Assembly: GCA_963555755.3 (NCBI GenBank)
Contig: OY820905.2
Span: forward strand, 3,936,001-4,000,000
Direction of reading: 5' to 3'
Length of the DNA stretch: 64,000 bases
Source: Nitrospirales bacterium
GTDB lineage: Bacteria; Nitrospirota; Nitrospiria; Nitrospirales; UBA8639
The notes under the pieces were generated by a model. It did no database searches and had not been told where the DNA came from. It saw only the letters and a program-made list of their open reading frames with translations. Of the stretch, positions 9,500 through 19,649 are shown in pieces. Numbering within the stretch: position 1 is the first letter of the stretch; every line of letters starts with the position of its first letter. Position numbers and translations under genes: made by a program.

Positions 9500-10369
9500 A
9501 TGACCAGTGCATGGTTAATTGATACGGAAACCCTAGCTCAGAATTTGGGTCGGGATGATTTGGTGATTATTGATGTCCGTGGGCCAGGTGCCTATTCGTC
9601 GCATATTCCAGGTGCGATCAACAGCACCTGGCATGAGTATAGCGATCCCGAGGCCACCGCCAAGGGGGTGTTGGATCCGGATATTTCTCGTTTGGAACAA
9701 CGGTTACGGGCGTTGGGCATTAATAACTCCAGCGATATCGTCATCTATTGCAATCCTTTTGATAATTGGGGTGACGAAGGCAGAATGTTTTGGATGCTGC
9801 AGTACTTGGGACATCCCAGCGTCAAGGTCTTAGATGGGGGATGGGTAAAATGGACAACTGAAGCACGCCCCTATGGACATGATCCAGTCAAACTTCCTCC
9901 TGGCGATTTTACGGCTTCGCCCAACCCTGAAGTCATGATGTTGAAAAATGAGCTCAAAAAACTCGTGAAACGACCCCACGCCGAATCGGTTGTGCTCGAT
10001 GCCAGAAGCGTCGAAGAATATGCCGGGAAGGAAATTGATGGGCTTCCCCGAGCGGGCCATATTCCCTCAGCCCTCAACATTCCCTGGAATGGGTTTCTCA
10101 ATCACGACGGAACGTTGAAGGAGTTGTCCGTTATTCGTGATATATTCCAGGACCGTGGTCTGCATCCGAGCCAAGAGGTGATTACCTATTGTTTGGGCGG
10201 TGTTCGATCCGCGTGGGTCTATTTTGTCCTGAAATTGGCTGGGTATGAAAAGGTGAGGAATTATCCGGGATCGTGGTGGGAATGGAGCCGGGATTTCGCG
10301 GCTCCTGCGGAAAAGGACGTCAAACTCCTTCATAAAGTGTCGGGTCAATCCCAAGCGCAATCTTCTTGA
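9500..10369 (+). CDS. Tandem-domain sulfurtransferase (rhodanese)
   Basis: HIPGA, LDGG, DAR..EY.G, GHIP, active-site YCLGGVRS and YPGSW.EW motifs. Confidence 0.92.
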   Translation: MTSAWLIDTETLAQNLGRDDLVIIDVRGPGAYSSHIPGAINSTWHEYSDPEATAKGVLDPDISRLEQRLRALGINNSSDIVIYCNPFDNWGDEGRMFWMLQYLGHPSVKVLDGGWVKWTTEARPYGHDPVKLPPGDFTASPNPEVMMLKNELKKLVKRPHAESVVLDARSVEEYAGKEIDGLPRAGHIPSALNIPWNGFLNHDGTLKELSVIRDIFQDRGLHPSQEVITYCLGGVRSAWVYFVLKLAGYEKVRNYPGSWWEWSRDFAAPAEKDVKLLHKVSGQSQAQSS

Positions 10370-10485
10370 TGTCACACGAAAAGCATGCGAGGATGTACCA
10401 ACAAGGGAAGTTATTCTTGTGCGAACCCTAAGGTCTGATCATTCGTGGAAGTTATTCTTAACCATATCTTAGTGGAGGTCTGAAA

Positions 10486-10824
10486 ATGGGGCAAAGAGTT
10501 CTTTTCGCAGCGATGTTGATAGGTGCAGTGTTGTTTATTTCCAGTCCAGTATTCGCAGGGATGAATGCTCATGTTGCAGAAGCCATTACTCATGCGGAAC
10601 AAGCGGTCGACCATGGGGGCCAGGGGCATGCCGGAGTGCTTGTGGAACATGCCCAAGAAGCCTTGGGGCATGCGCATGCCGCGCAAAAAGAAGTGACAAA
10701 TCCACACTTGGATGCCGGTGTGGAAGAATTGGAAAAAGCGATTGACCATGGTGGACAAGGCCATGCTGGAGTTGCGACCAAGCATGCTCAGAGTGCGGTC
10801 GGGCATCTTAAAGAAGTGCCCTGA
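10486..10824 (+). CDS. smbP: Small periplasmic metal-binding protein SmbP-like
   Basis: Signal peptide followed by His-periodic helices; duplicated HGGQGHAGV. Confidence 0.8.
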   Translation: MGQRVLFAAMLIGAVLFISSPVFAGMNAHVAEAITHAEQAVDHGGQGHAGVLVEHAQEALGHAHAAQKEVTNPHLDAGVEELEKAIDHGGQGHAGVATKHAQSAVGHLKEVP

Positions 10825-10854
10825 TTACGATTCTTTTTCAGGAATCATGAGCGG

Positions 10855-10885
10855 AAAAACGGGCAGGGTGTACCTGCCCGTTTTT
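10855..10885 (+). terminator. Intrinsic terminator
   Basis: aaaaacgggcagg-gtgta-cctgcccgttttt hairpin downstream of smbP. Confidence 0.75.
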
Positions 10886-10906
10886 ATTTGAGGGGCTGGA
10901 CCAATA

Positions 10907-11716
10907 TTGAAAGTTGGCTATTTTCAATCTCATCCAGAATTTGGTGAAGTCAAAAAAAATCTGGACCAGTTTGCTTCACGATTGGGAACGGTTGATTGTG
11001 AACTGCTCGTTCTTCCTGAGTTGGCCTTTTCCGGGTATCAGTTTGTGAGTCAGGAGGAAGTGCTCGACCTTTCCGAACCGGTCCCGGATGGCCCCACAAC
11101 CCAAACGTGTCTTGATCTGGCTCGGCAACATGGCATGCACTTGGTTATCGGGTTGCCTGAGCGGGAAGGCAATCAGTGTTACAACTCCGCAATCGTAGTG
11201 GGGCCTTCGGGGTATGTGGGGTGCTACCGCAAAACGCATTTGTTTTTCGAAGAGACTTTGTTTTTCATGCCTGGCAACTCGGGCCTTCAAGTCTGGGATA
11301 TTGGGCAGGCCCGGATTGGGGTCATGGTTTGTTTTGATTGGTATTACCCGGAAGTGGCCAGAACGTTGGCGCTCAACGGTGCAGACATTCTGTGTCACCC
11401 TTCGAATTTAGTCCTTCCCCATTGTCCCGATGCTATGGTGACTCGATCGTTAGAAAATCGAGTCTTTACCGTGATGGCGAATCGAATTGGGCAAGAAGCC
11501 CGAGGAGGTAAAGCACCGCTCACCTATATTGGAAAAAGCGAAGTGGTCTCACCCAAAGGGAAGATCCTTAACCGGGCGCCGATTGATCGAGAAGAATTGA
11601 AGGTCGTGAACATCGATGTCAATGAAGCCCGCGACAAATGCATTAATCCGTACAATGATTTGTTGAAAGATCGCCGGCCTGAGATGTATGTCTCGGACGT
11701 AAAGCGTAATCCGTGA
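10907..11716 (+). CDS. Carbon-nitrogen hydrolase (nitrilase superfamily)
   Basis: LPEL, YRKTHL and VCFDW catalytic E-K-C triad motifs; TTG start. Confidence 0.9.
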   Translation: MKVGYFQSHPEFGEVKKNLDQFASRLGTVDCELLVLPELAFSGYQFVSQEEVLDLSEPVPDGPTTQTCLDLARQHGMHLVIGLPEREGNQCYNSAIVVGPSGYVGCYRKTHLFFEETLFFMPGNSGLQVWDIGQARIGVMVCFDWYYPEVARTLALNGADILCHPSNLVLPHCPDAMVTRSLENRVFTVMANRIGQEARGGKAPLTYIGKSEVVSPKGKILNRAPIDREELKVVNIDVNEARDKCINPYNDLLKDRRPEMYVSDVKRNP

Positions 11717-11778
11717 TGCGTAATGAGTAAAAGAGTAATGTGTTTTTACGCCTTACGCATCACGCTTCATGCATCACG
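11698..11778. repeat. Inverted heptamer array (CGTRAWG)n / (CWTYACG)n at a convergent gene junction
   Basis: cgtaaag cgtaatc cgtgatg cgtaatg ... ccttacg catcacg cttcatg catcacg. Confidence 0.75.
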
Positions 11779-11779
11779 A

Positions 11780-12664
11780 TTAGATCACGAGCAAGATTAT
11801 CGTGCCGAGAACGACGCGGTAATAGCCAAAGACTTTGAGCGTGTGTCGTTTGACGTAGGTTAAGAAAGATGCGATGACCGCCCACGCCACGAGGAAGGAC
11901 ACGAACATGCCAATCAGTAGCGCAAAGATATCGTCGGCGCCAAACAGATGAATGGATTGCGCGAGTTTATAGATGGTCGCGGCAAACATGGTTGGCAAGG
12001 CGAGAAAGAACGAAAATTCAGTGGCGACCTTTCGGTCTAGGCCAAGCAGCAACCCCCCGACAATGGTTGATCCGGAGCGGGACATGCCTGGAATGAGAGC
12101 CATACATTGGGCGATTCCCACACCGACTGCTGCAGTGAGCCCGACCTGTTCGAGTTGAGTAATTTTGACGGTTTTAGGCCACGTTTCCACCACGAGAATA
12201 ATGACTCCGCCAATGATTAAGCTGATGCCCACGGTATTGGGGGAAAAGAGATGGGTTTCGATCCACTCATGCGTCAAAAGGCCTACCACGGCCGCGGGTA
12301 TAAACGCGGCTCCCAGACCCAACAGGAACCACATATTTCGATGGTTGCGTATAGACTGGCGAAGATACGATTGCCATGACTGCCGGCTTCCTGGGGTGCG
12401 TGTCGCCATAATGCCCTGTCGGAATTCATGTTGTTCACGAAGACCATGGCAGACCAATCCAAAAATTTTTCCCCGTTCATATACAACAACGGCCAGGACC
12501 GCACCAATTTGAATGCAGATCTCTACACTAATGGCCATGTCCCCGGTAAAACCGAGATAATGTCCCAAAAGAATGAGATGGCCGGTTGACGAGACGGGCA
12601 GGAATTCGGTGAGTCCTTCTAAAAATCCGAGCAGTGCCGCTAATCCCGGTCCAAATTGTTCCAT
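11780..12664 (-). CDS. uppP: Undecaprenyl-diphosphate phosphatase
   Basis: EGLTEFLPVSSTGHL and PGMSRSGSTI motifs. Confidence 0.95.
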   Translation of the reverse strand: MEQFGPGLAALLGFLEGLTEFLPVSSTGHLILLGHYLGFTGDMAISVEICIQIGAVLAVVVYERGKIFGLVCHGLREQHEFRQGIMATRTPGSRQSWQSYLRQSIRNHRNMWFLLGLGAAFIPAAVVGLLTHEWIETHLFSPNTVGISLIIGGVIILVVETWPKTVKITQLEQVGLTAAVGVGIAQCMALIPGMSRSGSTIVGGLLLGLDRKVATEFSFFLALPTMFAATIYKLAQSIHLFGADDIFALLIGMFVSFLVAWAVIASFLTYVKRHTLKVFGYYRVVLGTIILLVI

Positions 12665-12787
12665 GCGAGAAATCTTTCTGGGGAAAATGTGAAAATATTA
12701 GGTGATGGGTGACTCTGAAAGGACTCTTTCGGCGGATTCGGGCTCGAAATGGAGGGGTTGATAGGGTAAAGGCCACAGATGTTTTGT

Positions 12788-14691
12788 CAGGGCTATTTCA
12801 TATTAAAGTGTAACTTTATAGATAATAAGGAATAATCGATTTAGGCTGGCTTTTTCTTTTCGTTTACGGCATACTCTTTTGCATGCCAGACGAATCGCCA
12901 AGCGGACAGCCGGACATTGATCTGAGGCAAGTCGTGGTTCGCCCAATTGTCCGAGACGAAAAGGACGCCTTCAAGACCCTTCTCGACAGACACCACTACC
13001 TCGGTCATGCCCCGCTGATTGGCCAATCGATACAATATCTCGCCTGTGTGCAGGATCGCTGGCTGGCCTTGCTGGTGTTTGCGGCGGCGGCCCTCAAATC
13101 GAGACCGCGAGACCACTGGATCGGCTGGCCCCCCTGTTTTCAATGGCAACGACTCCATTTACTGGCCAACAACACCCGGTTTCTCATGCTGCCGGGCTGT
13201 TCGCAAAAGAACCTCGCCTCGAAAGTCCTGTCGCTCTGCGCGAAACGGATCTCGTCCGATTGGCAACTGTACCACGGCTACCCCTTGCTCCTCTTAGAGA
13301 CCTTCGTCGATCCTGCCCGCTTCACCGGGACCTGCTATCGGGCCGCCGGGTGGCACGAGCTCGGTCTGACACGAGGGTTTCGCAAGTCGAACACGTGTTA
13401 TGTTCAGCATGAGAGACCGAAGCGCATCCTAGTCGTGCGGCTGCATCCCCAAGCCCGAGAGATCCTTGCACGCCCGATGCTTGATCAGCCCTATCAGAAA
13501 GGAGAAGCGCCTCAGATGAGATTGAATACAAAACAGACGGACTCCCTCTTTACGTATGTGGTGCAGCTGACCGATCCCCGCCATTTGCAAGGGCAACGGC
13601 ACACCCGACGCGCCCTCACGGCGATCATGTTCTGTGCCACCTTGTGCGGCGCGCGCGGCTATGAAGCGATCTCGGACTGGGCCCAGCAGTTATCGCAGCC
13701 GATGCGCAAGCGGCTAGGCTGTACTCAGCGAGGGGGGCGCTACCTCGTCCCGAGCCGCAGCACTCTTTACCGCTTTATCACGGCCGTCGACCCCTGTGAA
13801 GTCGATACCCTGCTCGGCCGGTGGCTGGACACCTTCGGCGGGGAGGATCAGGGCATTGCCATTGATGGGAAGACCATGCGGGGGACGTCGAAGGTCCCAA
13901 GCGAACAGCCCCACGTCCTCAGCGCCGTCACCCATCAAGCCGGGCGCCACCTCACCCAAAAAAAGTTCACTCCAAGACCAATGAGATCCCCTGCGTGCGG
14001 CCCCTGTTAGATGCGCTCGAGATCGCAGGGAAGGTGATCACGGCGGATGCGCTCCTCACCCAGAAAGAGATTGCCGAGTACCTGGTGCACGAACGCGGCG
14101 CCGACTTCGTCTTCACCGTCAAGGGAAACCAGCCCACCTTGAAGCACGACATTGAGGCCTTAGCGTTGCGAGCACGCCGGTGCGATTATGCCACCACCGA
14201 GAAAGGCCATGGGCAGATCACGACCCGCAGGATCTGGTGCGATGACTCCCTGAATGCCTATGTCAACTTTCCTCATGTCCAGCAAGTCTTCTGCATTGAG
14301 AGGGAAGTGACGCATCTCAAGCAGGGCCTCACGACCGTCGAAGCGGTCTGCGGTGTCACGAGTCAGTCCAAAGACAAGGCGGGGCCGAAGACCATCCTCT
14401 CGCAAAACCGAAAGCATTGGAGTGTGGAGAATAAGCAGCATTATGTGTTGGACGTCACCTTTGATGAAGACAGGAGTCAGATACGAAGTCTCAATGGCCC
14501 AATGGTCATGACCTGTCTGAGACGCTATGCCATCAGTCTCTTACGCCTGAAAGGCTACACCAATATCGCGCAGGCGTGTAGACTGCTCTGGGGCAAGCCC
14601 CATTTAGCCATCCGCATGGCCCTGCCCTGAAAAAGAGGGCACAAAAAACCTCATGGAATCCCTTGCTTATAAAAAGAATGAAATGGCCCTG
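12788..14691 (+). mobile_element. ISAs1-family insertion sequence (1904 bp) with a DUF4338-fused transposase
   Basis: Imperfect TIRs CAGGGCTATTTCAT / CAGGGCCATTTCAT; 10-bp TSD GATGTTTTGT at 12778-12787 and 14692-14701; second copy at 63211. Confidence 0.93.
12883..14630 (+). CDS. DUF4338(DruA-like)-ISAs1 transposase fusion, joined by a -1 frameshift at 13959-13965
   Basis: ORF1: HHYLG, RD.WIGW, NNTRFL, LLETFVD..RF.GTCY.AAGW, then DPR and IAIDGKTMRG. -1 frame: KTNEIP, ITADALLTQ, VKGNQPTL, HWSVENK.HYVLDVTFDED. Confidence 0.88.
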
Positions 14692-14710
14692 GATGTTTTG
14701 TGGGGAGCTA

Positions 14711-14738
14711 TTGACAAAAATTTGTTCCCCTTTATGCT
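14711..14738 (+). promoter_or_regulatory. Putative sigma70 promoter
   Basis: TTGACA-16 nt-TATGCT upstream of the ORF at 15021. Confidence 0.5.
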
Positions 14739-14853
14739 AGGCCTCTCTACCTAGTGAGAGAGCCTAGGCATGCAAACCAAATCGGACCATGAATCCATTT
14801 TGGAAGACCGAAAAGTCTAGCCTGTCCGGGATAAATGATCGTCAGTCCCATTC

Positions 14854-14951
14854 TGTCATTTCGAGTGCAAGGAGAAATCTCTCCGTTGGTGGTAGGATCC
14901 ATTACCAAGCGTGGCAGGGAAAGGGAGATTTCTCCCAAGGGTCGAAATGAC
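14854..14951. repeat. REP-like inverted pair TGTCATTTCGA...TCGAAATGAC
   Basis: Ends complementary, inner ggagaaatctc/gagatttctcc; condensed copy at 62769-62797; related tgtcattccc..gggaat near 34985. Confidence 0.6.
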
Positions 14952-15020
14952 CAGGGCTGGTCCCCCAAGGTTGCCAGCCTGTCATAGTGAAGATAACCTT
15001 TTTGACACAATGAGGGCCAG

Positions 15021-15806
15021 ATGAACAGGAAACACGATGAACGTGGGCCAGTCACTCGACTGTTGATGATGATCAGTCTGATGGTGTTGGCGGGTCTGAT
15101 GCTGAGTGGCTGTTTGGTTTCAGAAAAGAAATACAAAGCCGCGGTGGCTGATATGGAATCCGCCAAAATTGACCTTGAAAAAAGTCGGATGATGCGGGAA
15201 GCCGTGGAACAGGAAAATGACAAACTGAGAAATGAAAATGAAAAAGTAGCGATGGATCTGGAAATGATGGCTGTGGAAATCCAACGGATTAAAGAAGGCC
15301 GGGAGAATGAACGGGATCTTCTGTCCACGCGTGAAGCCGAAGTGGTCAAAAAGGGCCACATGATCACGGCCAAGTTCGGAAAACTCAAGCAAAATCATCA
15401 AAAACTCAAAAGCCAAAACCGCGCATTGAAAGATACGGTTCGCCGGTATCAAAAAGAGTTAAAAGAGGCTCGACAGGCGAAAGCCAAACAGGTCGCGAAG
15501 GTCCCGGCGTCGATGACACCCAAGGCGCCGCTGTCTAGAACGAAAGCCAGGGTGGCGTCCAAACCCAAACCGTCGTCCGCATCGGTTCCTGTCGTGACCC
15601 CGATCAAGGGTGGCCTCGCTCCCGTGAATATCAATACAGCTTCGGTCAATGATTTGGTCCTCTTTTTGGGACTCACGAAAAACATGGCCGAAAAAGTCAT
15701 TGCCAATCGGCCCTACCGTCTTCGCGGAGAGTTGGTCGCCAAGCAGGTCGTACCCAAGGCCACATTCGATGTGATTAAGGATCGGATTTCAGCGGCGCGG
15801 AAGTAA
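15021..15806 (+). CDS. Lipoprotein with a coiled coil and C-terminal helix-hairpin-helix (ComEA-like) domain
   Basis: Lipobox LSGC; long heptad region; VNINTAS..DL..GL...AEKVIANRPY. Confidence 0.75.
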   Translation: MNRKHDERGPVTRLLMMISLMVLAGLMLSGCLVSEKKYKAAVADMESAKIDLEKSRMMREAVEQENDKLRNENEKVAMDLEMMAVEIQRIKEGRENERDLLSTREAEVVKKGHMITAKFGKLKQNHQKLKSQNRALKDTVRRYQKELKEARQAKAKQVAKVPASMTPKAPLSRTKARVASKPKPSSASVPVVTPIKGGLAPVNINTASVNDLVLFLGLTKNMAEKVIANRPYRLRGELVAKQVVPKATFDVIKDRISAARK

Positions 15807-15814
15807 ATCGTTGG

Positions 15815-15892
15815 CGTGAAGCGTAATGCGTGATGAGTAGGGAGAAAACCAATTTTTATTTACGCGTGACGCGTCACGGATCACGCTTCACG
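15815..15892. repeat. Inverted heptamer array at a convergent gene junction
   Basis: cgtgaag cgtaatg cgtgatg ... cgtgacg cgtcacg gatcacg cttcacg. Confidence 0.75.
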
Positions 15893-16592
15893 TCTCTGTC
15901 CCATCAGTTATTTTCCCATCCACAATATGAATGATGCGGTCTGCCTGGTCCGAGAGACGTTCGTTGTGTGTCACAATCACAATGGCCGTTCCTCGTTTCT
16001 GATTCAGGGTTCTCAATATCTCAAAGATTGACTGGCCCGTGTGTGCGTCTAAATTCCCTGTGGGCTCGTCTGCTAAGACCAGATCGGGATTTTGAATTAA
16101 GGCACGCGCCACAGCCACCCGCTGTTGTTCACCACCAGACAATTCGCCAGGTTTGTGATGTACGCGATGGCCCAGGCCAACTTCTGACAGGAGGGTGGTC
16201 GCTTCTTCAAGGATTTCGTGTTTTGGACGTTTTTGCATCAAAGCGGGAAGGTACGTGTTTTCAAGAGCCGTGAATTCCGGCAGGAGATGATGAAATTGAA
16301 ACACGAACCCGATTCGTCGGTTTCGAAATGTGGCTAATTGGGTTTCAGAGAGACGAAATACATCTTGTCCTTCATACAAGACCGTCCCGCTGGTGGGGTG
16401 ATCGAGTGTGCCAAGGATGTGGAGAAACGTACTTTTGCCTGCACCGGATGCCCCGACCATTGCGAGCATTTCGCCTCGATGAAGGGTAAAGTTGATCCCG
16501 TTCAACACGTCCACGGTTTGAGTGCCAAGCACGAACGATTTATACACATCGTTCACCTGGAGAAACGGGCTGTCCACGTTAGCGTGACTCAT
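15888..16592 (-). CDS. lolD: Lipoprotein-releasing ABC transporter ATPase
   Basis: GASGAGKST, FVFQFHHLLPEF, LSGGEQQRVA and DEPTGNLD motifs; follows lolC/E. Confidence 0.93.
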   Translation of the reverse strand: MSHANVDSPFLQVNDVYKSFVLGTQTVDVLNGINFTLHRGEMLAMVGASGAGKSTFLHILGTLDHPTSGTVLYEGQDVFRLSETQLATFRNRRIGFVFQFHHLLPEFTALENTYLPALMQKRPKHEILEEATTLLSEVGLGHRVHHKPGELSGGEQQRVAVARALIQNPDLVLADEPTGNLDAHTGQSIFEILRTLNQKRGTAIVIVTHNERLSDQADRIIHIVDGKITDGTET

Positions 16593-16597
16593 AAAAA

Positions 16598-17857
16598 TTA
16601 TTCATACCGAAGGGCACTGACCGGAGCGAGTTTTGCCGCTTGCCAGGATGGGTAAAGGGTAGCCGCAAAGCTGATGAGGAGCGCCGAACAGGCCACCAGC
16701 AAGACATCCAAGCCTTGAACATGGACGGGAATGTGGGAGATGTAATACACCGTCTGGTCGAAAGTCCAATAATGTTCAATGAGCCAAAGAAACGTGTAGC
16801 CCAATGGAATGCCAATGGCCGTTCCCGTCAATCCAATTACCAAACCGTTTAACATGAAAATTTGCATGATAGCCTTGGGTGTCGCGCCCATGGCTTTGAG
16901 AATGGCTATTTCTCGTTGTTTCTCGGTCACGATCATCGTGAGCGTGCTCACGATGTTAAATGATGCCACCAAGGTAATCAGGACGAGTAGCAGGAACATC
17001 ATGGTCTTTTCAAGCTTCAGGGCAGAGAAGAGATTTCGGTTCAATTCCATCCAATCTCTGGCGGAATAGCCGGGGCCGAGTGTGGCATTCAGACGTGTAG
17101 CAATAACGTTGGCAGTAAACACGTCTTCAACTTTGACTTGAATGCCTGTGACGGTATTGCCCAGACTGAAAAATTTTTGTGCTTCCTTTAACGAGATATA
17201 GGCCAAAGAGGAATCGTACTCATACATGCCCGATTCAAAAATGCCTACGACTTGAAAAGGTCGAATCTTCGGCGTCATGCCCAGGGCGCTAATTGGACCA
17301 ACTGGCGACACCACATTCACACGGTTGCCAACAAACAGCCCGAGACGCAATGCCAATTCTTTTCCCAAAATAATCCCTGGCTGGGAATTAGCTAAAGACC
17401 CGTCTTCTGTTGTCACGACAGGCGGATTGGCCAAATCCTTGACCTTTCCATACTTCACGTTCTCAGCCACTTCTGTCACGTCCGGTTCTTTGTCAGGGTC
17501 GATGCCACGAAGAATAATGCCCTGGACCCCTGTTTTCGAGGTCAGCAAGACTTGCTTGAAAATGTAGGGAGTGGCGGCAATGACTCCCGGCACACCTTCC
17601 ACCTTGGTCACGAGGTCGGTGTGTCCAGCCATGGTTTGACGACCGCGTTCTTGGATCACGATGTGAGACGTTGTGCCTAAGATCTTGGCCTGCATGTCTT
17701 CCTTAAAACCCGTCATGATTCCCAACGTGCCAATGAGTGCGGCGACGCCAAGGGTAATTCCTGCGATCGAAATAAAGGTATTAAACGAAATGGTGCGAGT
17801 GCGGCGTTTTGCTCGCAAGTAACGAAGCCCGATAAAAATTTCGTAAGGCAGAGTCAC
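16598..17857 (-). CDS. lolE: Lipoprotein-releasing ABC transporter permease LolC/E
   Basis: [39 protein letters not shown] and ALRYE motifs. Confidence 0.92.
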   Translation of the reverse strand: MTLPYEIFIGLRYLRAKRRTRTISFNTFISIAGITLGVAALIGTLGIMTGFKEDMQAKILGTTSHIVIQERGRQTMAGHTDLVTKVEGVPGVIAATPYIFKQVLLTSKTGVQGIILRGIDPDKEPDVTEVAENVKYGKVKDLANPPVVTTEDGSLANSQPGIILGKELALRLGLFVGNRVNVVSPVGPISALGMTPKIRPFQVVGIFESGMYEYDSSLAYISLKEAQKFFSLGNTVTGIQVKVEDVFTANVIATRLNATLGPGYSARDWMELNRNLFSALKLEKTMMFLLLVLITLVASFNIVSTLTMIVTEKQREIAILKAMGATPKAIMQIFMLNGLVIGLTGTAIGIPLGYTFLWLIEHYWTFDQTVYYISHIPVHVQGLDVLLVACSALLISFAATLYPSWQAAKLAPVSALRYE

Positions 17858-19341
17858 GAAAGTTTCTCCGGCCGAAGTTGGGGAAAGAGAATCACGTCAC
17901 GAATAGAGGCTTGATTGGTAAACAGCATGACCATGCGGTCGATTCCAATGCCTTCCCCAGCGGTTGGGGGCATGCCATATTCCAAGGCGCGGACAAAGTC
18001 TTCATCCAAATAATGTGCCTCGTCATCGCCAGCTTCGCGCTGGGCCATTTGTGCTTCAAAGCGTTGGCGTTGATCGATTGGATCATTCAACTCCGAAAAT
18101 CCATTTGCCAACTCACGACTCGCAATAAACAATTCAAACCGGTCCGTGAGTGACGGATCCGAATCCTTTCTCCGCGACAGTGGAGAAATCTCGGTGGGAT
18201 AGTCCGTGATGAACGTGGGTTGAATCAGTTTCGATTCCACGGTTTCCTCAAAGATGAGATTCAGAATGCCAATGAGGCTTGCGTCTTTGGGGATAGCGAG
18301 GCCGAGCTGTGTGGCTGCGGCTTCCGCCGCATCACGACTTTCCAACACGGTTCGATCGAATTGATTGTATTCTAACACGGCATCGAAATACGGAAGCCGT
18401 CGCCATGGAGGTGTTAGGTCGATCGTCTGGCCTTGGCATTCTAATTTCATGGTCCCACAAATGTCTTGCGCCAGTTTTCCAAAGAGCTGTTCGGTCAAAG
18501 CCATCAGGTCATTGTAGTCGGCATAGGCCTGGTAAAACTCCAGCATGGTGAATTCGGGATTATGAATTGTGGAGATGCCTTCGTTTCGAAAATTCCGATT
18601 AATTTCAAACACGCGCCGAAAGCCACCGACGATTAAACGTTTGAGATACAGCTCAGGGGCAACCCGCAGATACAAGTCGGTATCCAGCGCATTATGGTGG
18701 GTCACGAAGGGCCGGGCCGTGGCTCCGCCGGGGATAGGATGCATCATTGGTGTTTCGACTTCGAGAAAACCATTTTCCGTGAAATAGTTTCGGATGCCAG
18801 TGATCAACCGGCTCCGTGTCTCAAAAATTTTATGCACATCGGGATTCGCAATGAGATCCACGTACCGTTGGCGATAACGGGTTTCAATGTCCGTCAATCC
18901 ATGCCACTTCTCTGGCAGCGGGCGAAGGCCTTTCGATAAAAACGTCAGCTTCTGGACCTCGATTGTCAGCTCATCAGTCTTCGTGCGAAACAAGTGTCCC
19001 TCTACGCCGACCCAATCCCCCAAATCCAATTCTTGGGAAAGCTGAAAGTTGTCATCCCCAAGCACATCCTTTTTAAGGTACACCTGCAATCGATGTGCAC
19101 CGTCTTGGAGAGACGCAAACGCGGCCTTACCGAATCGGCGAAGCGCGACGATGCGCCCGGCAATGCGGCATTCAATTTTGTCTTGTTCCAGTTCCTCTTT
19201 GGTTTTCGATCCGTGAGAATTCACCAGCGGTTGTATTTGATGTGTTTCATCAAAGCGTGTGCCATAGGGTTGGATACCCATTGCTCTCAGCGTCTCGAGC
19301 TTTTGAATGCGTTGCGTACGTTGTTCGTTTATGTCTTCCAT
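17854..19341 (-). CDS. lysS: Lysine--tRNA ligase (class II)
   Basis: [28 protein letters not shown] and [15 protein letters not shown] motifs. Confidence 0.97.
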   Translation of the reverse strand: MEDINEQRTQRIQKLETLRAMGIQPYGTRFDETHQIQPLVNSHGSKTKEELEQDKIECRIAGRIVALRRFGKAAFASLQDGAHRLQVYLKKDVLGDDNFQLSQELDLGDWVGVEGHLFRTKTDELTIEVQKLTFLSKGLRPLPEKWHGLTDIETRYRQRYVDLIANPDVHKIFETRSRLITGIRNYFTENGFLEVETPMMHPIPGGATARPFVTHHNALDTDLYLRVAPELYLKRLIVGGFRRVFEINRNFRNEGISTIHNPEFTMLEFYQAYADYNDLMALTEQLFGKLAQDICGTMKLECQGQTIDLTPPWRRLPYFDAVLEYNQFDRTVLESRDAAEAAATQLGLAIPKDASLIGILNLIFEETVESKLIQPTFITDYPTEISPLSRRKDSDPSLTDRFELFIASRELANGFSELNDPIDQRQRFEAQMAQREAGDDEAHYLDEDFVRALEYGMPPTAGEGIGIDRMVMLFTNQASIRDVILFPQLRPEKLS

Positions 19342-19453
19342 GAATCCATTCCGATGTGAAAAAAAGTTCGTGTCCGAAGGATAAATCTTCTTATTCCACG
19401 GTGCTTGCTACAGGGTGACCCATGAGGCCTGCCCTGAGTGTTATCGAAGGGTT

Positions 19454-19574
19454 CCCCAATTGGAAAAGGGGGGTAGGGGGATTTTCAAATTATGTATTCC
19501 TTTCAATACCCTGCTATTTGGGCCGGGGAGTATTTATTAAAATCCCCCTCAATCCCCCTTTTCCAAAGGGGGAG
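19454..19574. repeat. Pair of REP-like palindromes (DUF559-associated type)
   Basis: tccccaattggaaaagggggg..gggattt and the inverted aaatccccctcaatccccctttccaaaggggga. Confidence 0.7.
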
Positions 19575-19649
19575 ATTAAACGGAGGGTCGAGGGGGGATC
19601 TTATGGAGGATTTAATAATGCCTACGGTAAAGTCACCTGTTCAAAATGG

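Noticed and set aside
12841..13158. 105-aa antisense ORF in both ISAs1 copies
   Set aside because: It is conserved only because the copies are near-identical; no recognisable motif
12883..13515. Complete Druantia defence system
   Set aside because: Only the DUF4338 domain is present, inside IS ends; no DruE-like helicase or other dru genes
14747..15388. 213-aa minus-strand ORF
   Set aside because: Antisense to the lipoprotein gene and runs through a REP-like repeat
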